64,000 nucleotides of DNA, from contig JBKQIY010000051.1 of the NCBI GenBank assembly GCA_052148155.1, forward strand, positions 878 to 64,877, written 5' to 3'. Below the pieces are notes generated by a model. It was given only the letters and a program-made list of their open reading frames with translations, did no database searches and had not been told where the DNA came from. The translations under genes and the position numbers were made by a program. How positions within the stretch are numbered: the stretch's first letter is position 1; each line of letters opens with the position of its first letter. This stretch comes from Acidimicrobiia bacterium. Its GTDB lineage: Bacteria > Actinomycetota > Acidimicrobiia > IMCC26256 > PALSA-610. Below, in pieces: positions 50,755 through 62,762 of this stretch.

Positions 50755-51383
50755 TCCGCGTGTTCCTCGTCGACGACCATCAGCTCTTTTTGTCCGGAGT
50801 ACGCGCGGAAATGGGCGACGCGGTCGAAGTGATCGGCAGCGCCTCGGAGGTAGACGCGGCGATCGAGATGATTCGTGATCGCACGCCCGACGTCGTATTG
50901 GTCGACGTGCACATGCCCGGCGGTGGTGGCGCGCGAGTGATCGCCGAGGTGCTGTCGACCCATCCCGACATCAGGTTCTTGGCGTTGTCGGTCAGCGACG
51001 CCCCCGAAGATGTGATCGCGACCATCCGAGCCGGCGCGCGCGGGTATGTCACAAAGACGATCTCGCCTGAAGAGCTCGTGGCCGCGGTGGGAGCCGTCGC
51101 GGCGGGCGACGCGGTGTTCTCGCCGCGACTCGCCGGGTTCGTGCTCGATGCCTTCTCGAGCGAAGCGCCTCCCGCGACCGACCCCGAACTCGAACAGCTC
51201 ACGCCACGCGAGCGTGAAGTACTGCGACTGATCGCACGTGGTTACGCCTACAAGGAAGTCGCCCGCGACCTTGGGATCTCGGTGAAAACGGTCGAGACGC
51301 ACGTCTCGTCCGTGCTCCGCAAGCTGCAGCTCTCGAGTCGCCATCAGCTCGCGCGCTGGGCTACCGATCGCCGTCTCCTGTAG
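50751..51383 (+). CDS. LuxR/NarL-family response regulator
   Basis: IRVFLVDDHQLF..PDVVLVDVHMPGGGG..LTPREREVLRLIARGYAYKEVARDLGISVKTVETHVSSVLRKL. ATGA coupling to the kinase. Confidence 0.9.
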   Translation: MIRVFLVDDHQLFLSGVRAEMGDAVEVIGSASEVDAAIEMIRDRTPDVVLVDVHMPGGGGARVIAEVLSTHPDIRFLALSVSDAPEDVIATIRAGARGYVTKTISPEELVAAVGAVAAGDAVFSPRLAGFVLDAFSSEAPPATDPELEQLTPREREVLRLIARGYAYKEVARDLGISVKTVETHVSSVLRKLQLSSRHQLARWATDRRLL

Positions 51384-51728
51384 TCGTTTCGCCACCGCAT
51401 CGCGGGTCGGCTCGCACTGGCCGTGGGTGGCGCGGAAGGGTGCGTCGGACCGCGGGCCCGTTGGCCCGCTGGGCTGAGCGGTCGCCGGTCGGGTTGGGAC
51501 CCTTCGACGGTCGATCATTGACGGCGCCGACCGGTTCCGCCACCGACCGGCGCCGGTGCGTTCACCCGCCGTCGTCCGCCCGTCTCCCAACGCGCGGTCG
51601 GTCGATCCGGGCGGAGTCAAACCTCGGGAAGGTCATGCACGCCATGTGCGTACGAGGTGAGGTCGTCGAACGTGCGACGGGGCATCGTCAGCGCGTTGTG
51701 TCGTAGTTTCCCGTACGTGGCGTTATCC

Positions 51729-52790
51729 GTGAATCCGCCGTTCGAGCCGATGCTCGCCAAGCTCACGCGCGAGATGCCGACGTTGCCCGACCTGTTGTTC
51801 GAACCGAAATGGGATGGCTTTCGCTGCGTGGTGTTCCGCGACGGCGACAAGCTCGATCTTCAAAGTCGGAATCAGAAGCCGTTGCTGCGCTACTTCCCGG
51901 AGCTGAGCGAACCGCTGCTCGCACAGCTGCCGGATCAGGTCGTGCTCGACGGAGAGCTGGTGATCGCGACACCGAGCGGGCTCGACTTCGACGCGCTCCA
52001 GCTTCGTCAGCATCCGGCCGAGTCGCGCATCCGAAAGCTGGCCGTCGAGATACCGGCGTCGTACGTCGCGTTCGATCTCCTGGCGTTGAGCGGCGAGTCG
52101 CTGCTCGAGGAGCCTTTCCGTGACCGCCGCGCGGGGCTCGAGCGGCTCCTGCACGACGCGCGGCCGCCGTTGTTCCTCACGCCGGCGACCTTGAGTCGCG
52201 AGCAAGCATTGCAATGGTTCGACGCGTTTGAAGGCGCCGGTTTTGACGGCATCGTCGCAAAGCACCTCGCGAGCGCCTATCAGCCCGGCGTACGCGCGAT
52301 GTTGAAGGTGAAACACGAGCACACCTGCGAGTGCGTGGTCGCCGGCTATCGGGTGCACAAAGACGGCAACGGCGTCGGTTCATTGTTGCTCGGGCTCTAC
52401 GACGACGACGGTGCGCTCCACCACGTCGGCGTCGCGAGCGGGATGGCTGCGCCGTTGCGTCGACAACTCCTCGACGAGGTGCAGCCGCTACGCAACGACG
52501 CCCTGGATGGACATCCGTGGCGAGATTGGGCCGACGCGATGCACGAAGCCGCGGCGAGCGGACAGCGGATGCCGGGCGGTCCGAGCCGATGGAACGCGAC
52601 CAAGGACCTTTCGTGGGAACCGCTTCGCATCGAGCGAGTGTGCGAGGCCGAGTACGAGGGCCTGTTGAGTGGCCGCTTTCGTCACAACGCACGGTTCAAG
52701 TGCTGGCGCGACGACAAGCGTGTCGCCGAGTGCACCTACGCGCAGCTCGACGCCGTCGCGCCGGCGGAACTGTTGGCGATGTTCGGCTAA
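51729..52790 (+). CDS. ATP-dependent DNA ligase (small LigC-like; start uncertain between 51657 and 51729)
   Basis: FEPKWDGFRCVVFRDGD (KxDG adenylation motif)..LDGELV..DGIVAK..MLKVK. Confidence 0.85.
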   Translation: MNPPFEPMLAKLTREMPTLPDLLFEPKWDGFRCVVFRDGDKLDLQSRNQKPLLRYFPELSEPLLAQLPDQVVLDGELVIATPSGLDFDALQLRQHPAESRIRKLAVEIPASYVAFDLLALSGESLLEEPFRDRRAGLERLLHDARPPLFLTPATLSREQALQWFDAFEGAGFDGIVAKHLASAYQPGVRAMLKVKHEHTCECVVAGYRVHKDGNGVGSLLLGLYDDDGALHHVGVASGMAAPLRRQLLDEVQPLRNDALDGHPWRDWADAMHEAAASGQRMPGGPSRWNATKDLSWEPLRIERVCEAEYEGLLSGRFRHNARFKCWRDDKRVAECTYAQLDAVAPAELLAMFG

Positions 52791-52817
52791 CCCACGGCTA
52801 ACCCGCGGCTAACCCAC
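52785..52817. repeat. Tandem repeat, 11-bp unit GGCTAACCCRC, 3 copies. It places TAA in all three forward frames.
   Basis: Copies lie at 52785-95, 52796-806 and 52807-17. TAA triplets start at 52788 (the ligase stop), 52799 and 52810. Confidence 0.9.
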
Positions 52818-53063
52818 CGCGCACCCCGACCGTACAAACGCCGTGAAGCACCCAAGAGTGCCAAAGTGGGTCAGATGACTCATTGCTCACTCTGCGTGGC
52901 TGAGCCACAGTGGCCCGGTCCCTCCTCGAGGGGCCGGCGGGGTGGCTCACGGATGAGCGCTCCGCCGCGTACGCCCTTTGGGAAGACGGCCACCGTCGCG
53001 TTGGCGCACCCGAACCGGGCAAAACCTGCGTGAACGTCGACTGCCCTGTGCGGGCCGGCGCGC

Positions 53064-53069
53064 TACAAT
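53064..53069 (+). promoter_or_regulatory. Candidate -10 hexamer TACAAT upstream of the rimP-nusA leader
   Basis: Near-consensus -10 box in a GC-rich background, about 65 nt upstream of the terminator hairpin. I recognised no clear -35 element. Confidence 0.3.
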
Positions 53070-53130
53070 CGCCAGGTTCTATTCGGAGTCCTGACGGCGC
53101 GCCCACGAGGGCGATCCCGAGGGGCAGGGC

Positions 53131-53160
53131 AAACGTGGGCCTTGGCCCACGTTTTTTCTT
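53131..53160 (+). terminator. Intrinsic terminator / attenuator hairpin: AAACGTGGGCC-TT-GGCCCACGTTT followed by a T-tract
   Basis: Perfect 11-bp inverted repeat followed by TTTTTTCTT. This was the only intergenic T6 run I noticed in the window. It lies 38 nt upstream of the rimP GTG. Confidence 0.65.
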
Positions 53161-53197
53161 GCAGGTGCCCCGACGAAGACCGAGAGGTTGGTGGGCA

Positions 53198-53725
53198 GTG
53201 GCGAACGTTGACGCGCAGGTCGAGACGCTACGCCAGCGGCTCGCGCCCGCCGTCGCCGCCCTCGACCTCGAGCTCTACGACGTCGAGCTCACCGGAGCGG
53301 GCAAGGCTCGCACCCTACGGGTCACCGTCGACCGGGCTGGTGGCGTCGATCTCGAGGCCATCACGGCCGTCACCCACGCCGTGTCGCCCATCCTCGACGA
53401 CGCGACCGCGCCGGCCGGCCCGTTCCTCCTCGAGGTGTCCAGCCCGGGCGTCGAGCGGCTGCTCCGCACGCCCGCCCACTACGCAGGCGCGGTCGGCACG
53501 ACCGTTTCCATCAAGGTCCGCAGCGACTCAGGCACACGGCGCGTGCAGGGCACGCTGGTCGCCGCCGCGTCCGAGCATTGCGACGTCGACGTCGAAGGCG
53601 TCCGCGTCCCGGTGGCTTACGCCGACATCACACAAGCGCGCACCGTGTTCGAGTGGGGTCCGCAGCCGCGTCCCGGCCAGCGGCGAAGCGCCCGCGCCAC
53701 GACGAGCAAAGGGGTGACCGCATGA
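53198..53725 (+). CDS. rimP: Ribosome maturation factor RimP
   Basis: LDLELYDVELTGAGKARTLRVTVDRAGGVDLEAITAVTHAVSPILD..LEVSSPGVERLLRTP.HY. A GAGAGG Shine-Dalgarno sequence precedes the GTG start. Confidence 0.88.
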   Translation: MANVDAQVETLRQRLAPAVAALDLELYDVELTGAGKARTLRVTVDRAGGVDLEAITAVTHAVSPILDDATAPAGPFLLEVSSPGVERLLRTPAHYAGAVGTTVSIKVRSDSGTRRVQGTLVAAASEHCDVDVEGVRVPVAYADITQARTVFEWGPQPRPGQRRSARATTSKGVTA

Positions 53726-54954
53726 AGAATCCCGAGATGCTCGAAGCGCTGTCCGCACTCGCCATCGAGAAGGGGATCTCAGAAGAGATCATGCTCGAGG
53801 CCTTGGCGAATGCGCTGGTCACCGCGTACAAGCGCATGCCTGACGCGGCCGAAGAAGCACTCGTCGAGATCGACGTCGAAACCGGCGAGATCCGCGTGAT
53901 CGCGCAGGAACTCGACGAAGACGGCAACGTCACCCGCGAGTGGGATGACACCCCGGCCGACTTTGGACGGATCGCGGCGCAAACGGCGAAGCAGGTCATC
54001 CTGCAGCGCATCCGCGAGGCCGAGCGTGAGATGAAATACGAGGAGTACGCCGGCCGCGAGGGCGACATCGTCACCGGCATCATCCAACAGACCGACGCTC
54101 GCTACACACTGCTCGACCTGGGGCGAGTGGAGGCGCTGCTGCCGCAGGCGGAACAAGTTCCCGGCGACCGCTACGACCACGGCGCCCGCATGAAGGCCTA
54201 CATCGTCGAGGTCCGCAAGACCGCGAAAGGCCCGCAGATCGTCGTGTCCCGCACCCATCCTGGTCTTGTCCGAAGGCTGTTCGAGCTCGAGGTCCCAGAA
54301 CTCGTCGACGGCGTCGTCGAGATCCGCGCGGTCGCCCGCGAACCCGGTCATCGCACCAAGCTCGCGGTCGCGTCGAACGATCAGAACGTTGACCCCGTCG
54401 GCGCGTGCGTCGGCGCTCGTGGCATGCGTGTCCGGCAGGTCGTGAACGAGTTGCGAGGCGAGAAGGTCGACATCGTTCCGTTCAGCTCCGACGGCCCTGA
54501 GTTCGTCATGCGCGCGCTTGCGCCGGCGAAAGTGCGGGAGGTCCGCCTGCACGAAGACACCGGTATCGCCGAAGTGATCGTTCCGGACTTCCAACTGTCG
54601 CTTGCCATCGGCAAGGAAGGTCAGAACGCGCGCCTTGCGGCCCGACTCACCGGCTGGCGCGTCGACATCAAGAGCGAGACGCAGCTCGCCGAGGAGGAGT
54701 CCGGCGGCGGCTATGCCGAGGGCGAATGGGTCGAGGGACCGGACGGCACGTTGATGTGGCAGCCGGCCGAAGGCGGCGAAGCGATCAGCGCCGCGGAGGC
54801 CGGATACGCGACCCTTGGCGGCGACGCCCCGCCGATCGAGCCGCCCCCAGTCGCCGTACCCGCCGCAGATCTGGTCGAAGTCGACAAAGCCAACGAACAA
54901 ACCAAACAACAGCCGATCGAGCCCGCCCCCGCCGACGTGGTGGAGGAGACCTGA
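53722..54954 (+). CDS. nusA: Transcription termination/antitermination factor NusA
   Basis: LEALSALAIEKGISEEIMLEALANALVTAYKR..GDIVTGIIQ (S1 domain)..ACVGARGMRVRQVVNEL.GEK.DIV (KH domain)..SLAIGKEGQNARLAARLTGWRVDI. Confidence 0.95.
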   Translation: MKNPEMLEALSALAIEKGISEEIMLEALANALVTAYKRMPDAAEEALVEIDVETGEIRVIAQELDEDGNVTREWDDTPADFGRIAAQTAKQVILQRIREAEREMKYEEYAGREGDIVTGIIQQTDARYTLLDLGRVEALLPQAEQVPGDRYDHGARMKAYIVEVRKTAKGPQIVVSRTHPGLVRRLFELEVPELVDGVVEIRAVAREPGHRTKLAVASNDQNVDPVGACVGARGMRVRQVVNELRGEKVDIVPFSSDGPEFVMRALAPAKVREVRLHEDTGIAEVIVPDFQLSLAIGKEGQNARLAARLTGWRVDIKSETQLAEEESGGGYAEGEWVEGPDGTLMWQPAEGGEAISAAEAGYATLGGDAPPIEPPPVAVPAADLVEVDKANEQTKQQPIEPAPADVVEET

Positions 54955-55247
54955 CGCCCGCCGGTGGGCGTCTGGCGACGCGACGAGGACCGGAACTGAC
55001 CGCCGCGGGCCCGCAGCGCACCTGCGTCGGGTGCCGGCGGCGGGGCTCCCCGAACGGCTGGCTGCGCGTCGCAGCCGGACCCGACGGGGCGGTACGTATA
55101 GGACGAACTGCAAGAGGTCGAGGAGCGTGGTGCTGTTCGACTGCATGCTTCGAAGAGGCGGTTCGGCGCGGGGCTCTCAGCCGAGCACTGCGCCGGCCGC
55201 TCACGACAACCGAGCTCAGCGAGCTCCGCGCGACACTATGTAACTGA
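54951..55247 (+). CDS. ylxR: YlxR/DUF448 family RNA-binding protein (no in-frame ATG/GTG/TTG near the N-terminus; CTG 54951 proposed as start)
   Basis: PQRTCVGCRRRGSPNGWLRV..GRGAWCCSTACFEEAVRRGALSRALR. Conserved position between nusA and infB. Confidence 0.7.
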   Translation: MTPAGGRLATRRGPELTAAGPQRTCVGCRRRGSPNGWLRVAAGPDGAVRIGRTARGRGAWCCSTACFEEAVRRGALSRALRRPLTTTELSELRATLCN

Positions 55248-55271
55248 ACTAGCAAGGAAACGGACGGCGTC

Positions 55272-58022
<2,751 letters not shown>

Positions 58023-58689
58023 GGCGCGCAAGACGCCACGGTTGGGGGGCGTCGGCGTTCGTCGCGCCCCGGCCGCGAATGTGTGTGCCCGCAGTTCGCA
58101 GTCCGCTCCGGCGTGTCGCGCCGCTCGCGTTCGTGGCGCTGGCCGTACCGCTCGGGTGATGTTCGACGACGTCGGGATCTTCGACGGGCTCGCAAGTCGG
58201 GCCGCGTCCAGCCCGCAGATGCTGCGCGCGTCGTCCTGGTGCCGGCCGAGGTGGTCGCGCCGTTGCACCTCGACGTCGCGGTGGGGTGTCTCACTCCGCT
58301 CCGCGTCGGCGCGGTCCGCCGCGTCGAGGTCGATCCGGTGATCCTCGCCTTCTCAGCCGTTGCGCGGCTGCGGTTCCACGCGAGCAGCGCCGCCGACGGC
58401 GACAGACGTCATTTCGGCACTGGCCGGCTTGCCGGCGAGGTGCTCAACCAATCTGCCCGCCCGGCTCCTGACAGCTCCACGTCTCGCACGTCCTGCGGGT
58501 GTGGTGGCCTTCGGGCTGAACGCGGGCCGTTGTGATCTCCGGGTCCTCGCAGGGCTTTGTGGCAGGCGTCGGCGCCCGCACCTGGCCGCACGGGTCACGG
58601 CCGGTCGGTACTCCCGAGTCGGCGCGACGGTCGGTGTGCCGCCATGGTGGTCAGAGTTGGGGTGTTGTGGGTCCTGCGATAATGCCAGC

Positions 58690-58980
58690 GTGCACGCCGC
58701 GGCCGTCTGTTTCGACCTTCACGTCCCCGAGAGTCGGTCACTCAAAACCAAGCGCGCCGCGATCCGGCCGATCGTCGACGGTCTGCGTCACCGGTTCTCG
58801 GTGTCGGTGGCCGAGGTCGATCACCAGAATCAGTGGCAGCGCGCCGCGATCGGCGTCGCAGTGGTGGGGAGCAGCGTGACGCAGATTCGCGAAGTGCTCG
58901 CGTCGGTCGAGCGGTTCGTCGTGGCTGCACCCGACGTCGAGTTGCTCGACGTCGAGACCGAATGGCTCGAACAGCCGTGA
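58690..58980 (+). CDS. DUF503-family protein (YlxP-like)
   Basis: VCFDLHVPESRSLKTKRAAIRPIVDGLRHRFSVSVAEVDHQNQWQRAAIGVAVVGSS. GTGA coupling to rbfA. Confidence 0.8.
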   Translation: MHAAAVCFDLHVPESRSLKTKRAAIRPIVDGLRHRFSVSVAEVDHQNQWQRAAIGVAVVGSSVTQIREVLASVERFVVAAPDVELLDVETEWLEQP

Positions 58981-59390
58981 GCCCGCAACGCAAGTATCCG
59001 CGCACCGCCCGGGTCAATGAGGTCATGCTCGAGGTGCTTGCCGACGAGCTTGAACGTCTGTCCGACCCTCGTCTCGAGCTCGTCACCCTGACCGGCGTGA
59101 AGGTGACCCGTGACCTCGCGTACGCAACCGTGTACTACTCGACGCTTGCCGCCACCGCCGCCGCCGCGACCTCCCCGTCGTTCGAGGAACATGCCGGCGA
59201 CGCGCTGCGGTCTGCCGCTCCACATTTGCGAGGTTTGGTGGGCCGACAAATGCGGATCCGGCAGGTCCCTCGTCTCACGTTCGAACTCGACCCCGGCATC
59301 CTCGCCGGCCAGCGCATCGAGGAGATCTTGCGCGGCATCCACCATGATGCCGAGCCTCAGGACGAGGCTGAAGCCGACGAGGAGGAGTAG
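58977..59390 (+). CDS. rbfA: Ribosome-binding factor A
   Basis: RTARVNEVMLEVLADELERLSDPRLELVTLTGVKVTRDLAYATVYY..LRGLVGRQMRIRQVPRLTFELD. Confidence 0.9.
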   Translation: MSPQRKYPRTARVNEVMLEVLADELERLSDPRLELVTLTGVKVTRDLAYATVYYSTLAATAAAATSPSFEEHAGDALRSAAPHLRGLVGRQMRIRQVPRLTFELDPGILAGQRIEEILRGIHHDAEPQDEAEADEEE

Positions 59391-60370
59391 TGGACGAAAA
59401 CGCCGACCAAGACATCGATGCTGCGCTGAAACAAGCAGCACACGCGATCGGGCGCGCGGCTCGTGTCACGCTCGTCTGTCACGTCAACCCCGACGGGGAC
59501 GCATTGGGGTCCACCCTCGCGCTGCATCATGTGCTGCGCGACGCCGGCGTCGATTCCGTCGCTTCGTTCCCCTCGCCGTTCGTTGTCGCACCGCATTACC
59601 GCGATCTGCCCGGCCTCGACCTTTTGACACCACCCGACGCGGTCGACGACGAACCCGAGGTCATGGTCACGTTCGACTGCGGCGACCTCGCGCGACTCGG
59701 CGACTTGGAGACGAACGCCAAGGCGTCCGAAGAGCTAATCGTGGTCGACCACCACGCGTCGAACGCGCGCTACGGAACGATCAACCTGATCGACGTGCAC
59801 GCCGCCGCGAGTGGCGTCGTCGTCCGTCGCCTCGTGGCCGCCCTCGGGCTTGCGCTCAACCGCGACGCGGCAATCTGCCTCTACGCGGCGTTGGTGTGCG
59901 ACACGGGACGCTTCCAATACGAGTCGACCACATGCTCGGTCTTCGAGCTCGCGCAGGAGCTCGCAGCCTTCGATCTGCCCATCTCGGCGATGTCTCGCAC
60001 GCTGTTCGAAGAGCATCGCTTCGCATATCTTCAACTCGTGTCTGACGTGCTCGGCCGCGCCGAGCTCGTTCCGGAGAAAAAGTTCGTGTGGGCGACGGTC
60101 ACCCAAGCTGACCTCGAACGGCGCGGCGTGACCTTCGAAGAAGTCGAAGGCTTGATCGATCTCGTCCGCCGAACCCGCGAAGCCGAGGTTTCGTGCGTGT
60201 TGAAGGAATCGGCCGACGGCGCGTGGCGGGTCAGCCTACGGTCGCTCGGCACGGTCGACGTGTGCCAGATCGCGCAACGGGAGGGCGGCGGCGGTCACCG
60301 GTTCGCGGCCGGATTCACGACCGACGATCCCGCCGAGGTCGTCGTGGCCCGGATCATGGCGGCCTTCTAA
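59390..60370 (+). CDS. nrnA: DHH/DHHA1 phosphoesterase (NrnA-like oligoribonuclease / pAp phosphatase)
   Basis: LVCHVNPDGDALGS..VVDHHASN..GGGHRFAAGF. Confidence 0.85.
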   Translation: MDENADQDIDAALKQAAHAIGRAARVTLVCHVNPDGDALGSTLALHHVLRDAGVDSVASFPSPFVVAPHYRDLPGLDLLTPPDAVDDEPEVMVTFDCGDLARLGDLETNAKASEELIVVDHHASNARYGTINLIDVHAAASGVVVRRLVAALGLALNRDAAICLYAALVCDTGRFQYESTTCSVFELAQELAAFDLPISAMSRTLFEEHRFAYLQLVSDVLGRAELVPEKKFVWATVTQADLERRGVTFEEVEGLIDLVRRTREAEVSCVLKESADGAWRVSLRSLGTVDVCQIAQREGGGGHRFAAGFTTDDPAEVVVARIMAAF

Positions 60371-60393
60371 CTCCCACTACTAACTTCTGGTCC

Positions 60394-61287
60394 TTGCACG
60401 ATGGACTTGTAGTCGTCGACAAACCGGCGGCGCACACCTCGCACGACGTTGTCGCGCGGGTGCGCAAACTCTACGGACAGCGCCGTGTCGGCCACGCGGG
60501 CACGCTCGATCCCGACGCGACCGGCGTGCTGCTCGTAGGTCTGGGCCGCGCAACCCGGCTCATGCGATACCTGGCCGACACAGGGAAGTCATATCGGGCG
60601 CGTATCGTGTTCGGGGTGGCGACCGACACCCTCGACGCGTCGGGCGCCGTCCTCGAACGCGCCGAGATGCCGCTCACCCAAGCCCAGCTCGAAGGCGCGA
60701 CACGTGCGTTCGTCGGTGACATCGAACAGATCCCGCCGATGGTGTCGGCGATCAAGATCGATGGGCGCAAGCTGTACGAGTTGGCCCGGGCGGGCCAGAC
60801 GGTGGACCGCGCCGCGCGTCACGTTCGTGTCGACGCGCTCGTGGTCGAAGAGTTCGTTGCCGGCATCTACCCGGAGGCGACGGTTCGGGTCGACTGCTCG
60901 AGCGGGACCTACATCCGCGCCTTGGCGGCGGATCTTGGGACCGCGCTCGGCGGGTGTGCCCACCTCGGCGAACTTCGGCGCCTGCGCGTGGGTTCGTTCG
61001 GGATCGACGAATCGCATTCGCTCGAAACGATCGGCGGCAACCTCGAAGGCGTGCTCCTCACACCGGCCGCCGCGCTGCGCGATCTCACCGAAGTCGTCGT
61101 CGACGGCGAGCTACGACGAGCGGTCACCCACGGCGCGACGTTCGCGGCTCGGGCGTTGCTCGGCGATCTCGCTGACGCCGGCCCGTTCGCGGTCGTCGAC
61201 GAGCATGGCGAACTCCTCGCGGTCTACGAACGCCGCGGCGCCGGGGTGAAACCCACGGTCGTGCTCGCGCCGCAGGCGGCGCCGTGA
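60394..61287 (+). CDS. truB: tRNA pseudouridine55 synthase TruB (TTG start proposed)
   Basis: GLVVVDKPAAHTSHDVVARVRKL...RVGHAGTLDPDATGVLLVGLG.ATRL..Y.A....G..TDT.D..G. Confidence 0.92.
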   Translation: MHDGLVVVDKPAAHTSHDVVARVRKLYGQRRVGHAGTLDPDATGVLLVGLGRATRLMRYLADTGKSYRARIVFGVATDTLDASGAVLERAEMPLTQAQLEGATRAFVGDIEQIPPMVSAIKIDGRKLYELARAGQTVDRAARHVRVDALVVEEFVAGIYPEATVRVDCSSGTYIRALAADLGTALGGCAHLGELRRLRVGSFGIDESHSLETIGGNLEGVLLTPAAALRDLTEVVVDGELRRAVTHGATFAARALLGDLADAGPFAVVDEHGELLAVYERRGAGVKPTVVLAPQAAP

Positions 61288-62255
61288 TCATCTGGCGCGA
61301 TCCAGGTGAGGTCAGCGCTCCCGCCGACGGGTTGGGCGGTCGGGCGATCGCGATCGGAGCCTTCGACGGTGTCCATCTCGGGCACCAAGCGGTCCTGCGC
61401 GTGGTGCACGATCTCGCTCGCGTCCGTCACTTGAGCCCGACGGTGCTCACCTTCGACCGGCATCCCGCCGAGGTCGTACGGCCGGGATCGGCACCGAAGC
61501 TGCTCACGACGCTCGACCAGAAGCTGGAGCTGCTCGAAGCGACCGGCGCGATCGACGAGTGCCTCGTGCTCGCGTTCGACGAAGCGCGCAGCAAAGAACC
61601 CGCCGAAGATTTCGTCGGCGAGCTCCTCGCCGGCGTTCTCGGCGCGCGACTGGTCGTGGTCGGCGCCGACTTCCACTTCGGTTACCGTCGCCACGGCGAC
61701 GTCGCGCTGCTGCAGCGCATGGGTGGCGAGTTGGGCTTCGAGGTGCTCGGCTACGGACTCGTCGCGTCGCCGGAGTCGGAACACGCGCCCGACGGCGGTG
61801 TGCCCTACTCGTCGACGCAGGCACGAGCGTTGCTCGCGCGCGGGGAGGTCGAACGCGCCGCCGCGATCCTCGGACGGCCGCACGAGGTGCGAGGCCAGGT
61901 GCAGCGAGGCGACCAACGGGGACACGAGCTCGGATTCCCGACCGCGAATGTCGCGGTGGCGGAACGCATCTGCCTACCGGCCGACGGTGTGTACTCCGGC
62001 AGTTACGTCGGAGCCGACGGCGTGGAGCGGCCCGCCGCGATCTCGCTCGGTCGGCGTCCGACGTTCTATGAGGAATCTGCGCTGCTGTTGCTCGAGGCCT
62101 ACGTGGTCGACTTCGACGGCGACCTCTACGGCCAGACCGCGCACGTGCGATTCCGGCGCCACCTGCGACGCCAGGAGCGTTTCGACACGGCGGACGAACT
62201 GATCGCCCAGATGGCCCGTGACGTGCAGGCCGTACGGGAGGACATTCCCACCTGA
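61284..62255 (+). CDS. ribF: Bifunctional riboflavin kinase / FMN adenylyltransferase
   Basis: [32 protein letters not shown]...G..LGFPTAN....P.DGVY. Confidence 0.92.
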   Translation: MIIWRDPGEVSAPADGLGGRAIAIGAFDGVHLGHQAVLRVVHDLARVRHLSPTVLTFDRHPAEVVRPGSAPKLLTTLDQKLELLEATGAIDECLVLAFDEARSKEPAEDFVGELLAGVLGARLVVVGADFHFGYRRHGDVALLQRMGGELGFEVLGYGLVASPESEHAPDGGVPYSSTQARALLARGEVERAAAILGRPHEVRGQVQRGDQRGHELGFPTANVAVAERICLPADGVYSGSYVGADGVERPAAISLGRRPTFYEESALLLLEAYVVDFDGDLYGQTAHVRFRRHLRRQERFDTADELIAQMARDVQAVREDIPT

Positions 62256-62395
62256 AGTGGGCAGCGGTCTCGATCGTGACGCCGTCTGTGGTCCGGCTCC
62301 TGCGGTCCGGGCGAGGGCTGCCCTGTCCGGTGCTGCGCCGGCGCTGTGGTAGCGTCACCTTTCGTCCCGTTCCCGGTGAAGGTTCAAACGCGCGC

Positions 62396-62653
62396 ATGCC
62401 CGACAAAGCGGCCACGATCAGCGATAACAAGCTGCACGACTCCGACACAGGGTCGGCTGAAGTGCAGATCGCGTTGCTGACGGAGCGCATCCGCCACCTG
62501 ACCGAGCATATGAAAGTCCATAAGAAGGACTTTCACAGCCAGCGAGGCTTGCTGATGCTCGTCGGTCGGCGGCGTCGGATGCTCGACTACCTCCGGCGCA
62601 ACGACGTCGAGCGGTACCGAGCGATCATCGCCAAGTTGGGCATTCGCCGATAG
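62396..62653 (+). CDS. rpsO: 30S ribosomal protein S15
   Basis: [69 protein letters not shown]. Confidence 0.95.
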   Translation: MPDKAATISDNKLHDSDTGSAEVQIALLTERIRHLTEHMKVHKKDFHSQRGLLMLVGRRRRMLDYLRRNDVERYRAIIAKLGIRR

Positions 62654-62660
62654 GGCAGCC

Positions 62661-62680
62661 CGTCGCAGCCATCTGCGACG
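62661..62680 (+). terminator. Stem-loop CGTCGCAG-CCAT-CTGCGACG just after the rpsO stop (terminator or processing hairpin; weak T-tract)
   Basis: Perfect 8-bp stem read directly from the DNA, followed by CGTTTG. Confidence 0.4.
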
Positions 62681-62762
62681 CGTTTGACATACGAAGCCCG
62701 CGAGATCGCCGTCGGTTGTCAGTCGCGAGCGCCCGCGCTGCGGACGCTGACAACTGGGAACC

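Noticed and set aside
51657-52790. DNA ligase as part of an NHEJ (Ku/LigD) system
   Set aside because: No Ku gene and no polymerase or phosphoesterase domains are adjacent. It looks like a stand-alone LigC-type ligase.
58676-58700. Possible dif (Xer) site near GCGATAATGCC
   Set aside because: Only a 6-7 nt resemblance to the AT-rich dif core. It has no dyad symmetry and overlaps the DUF503 start region.
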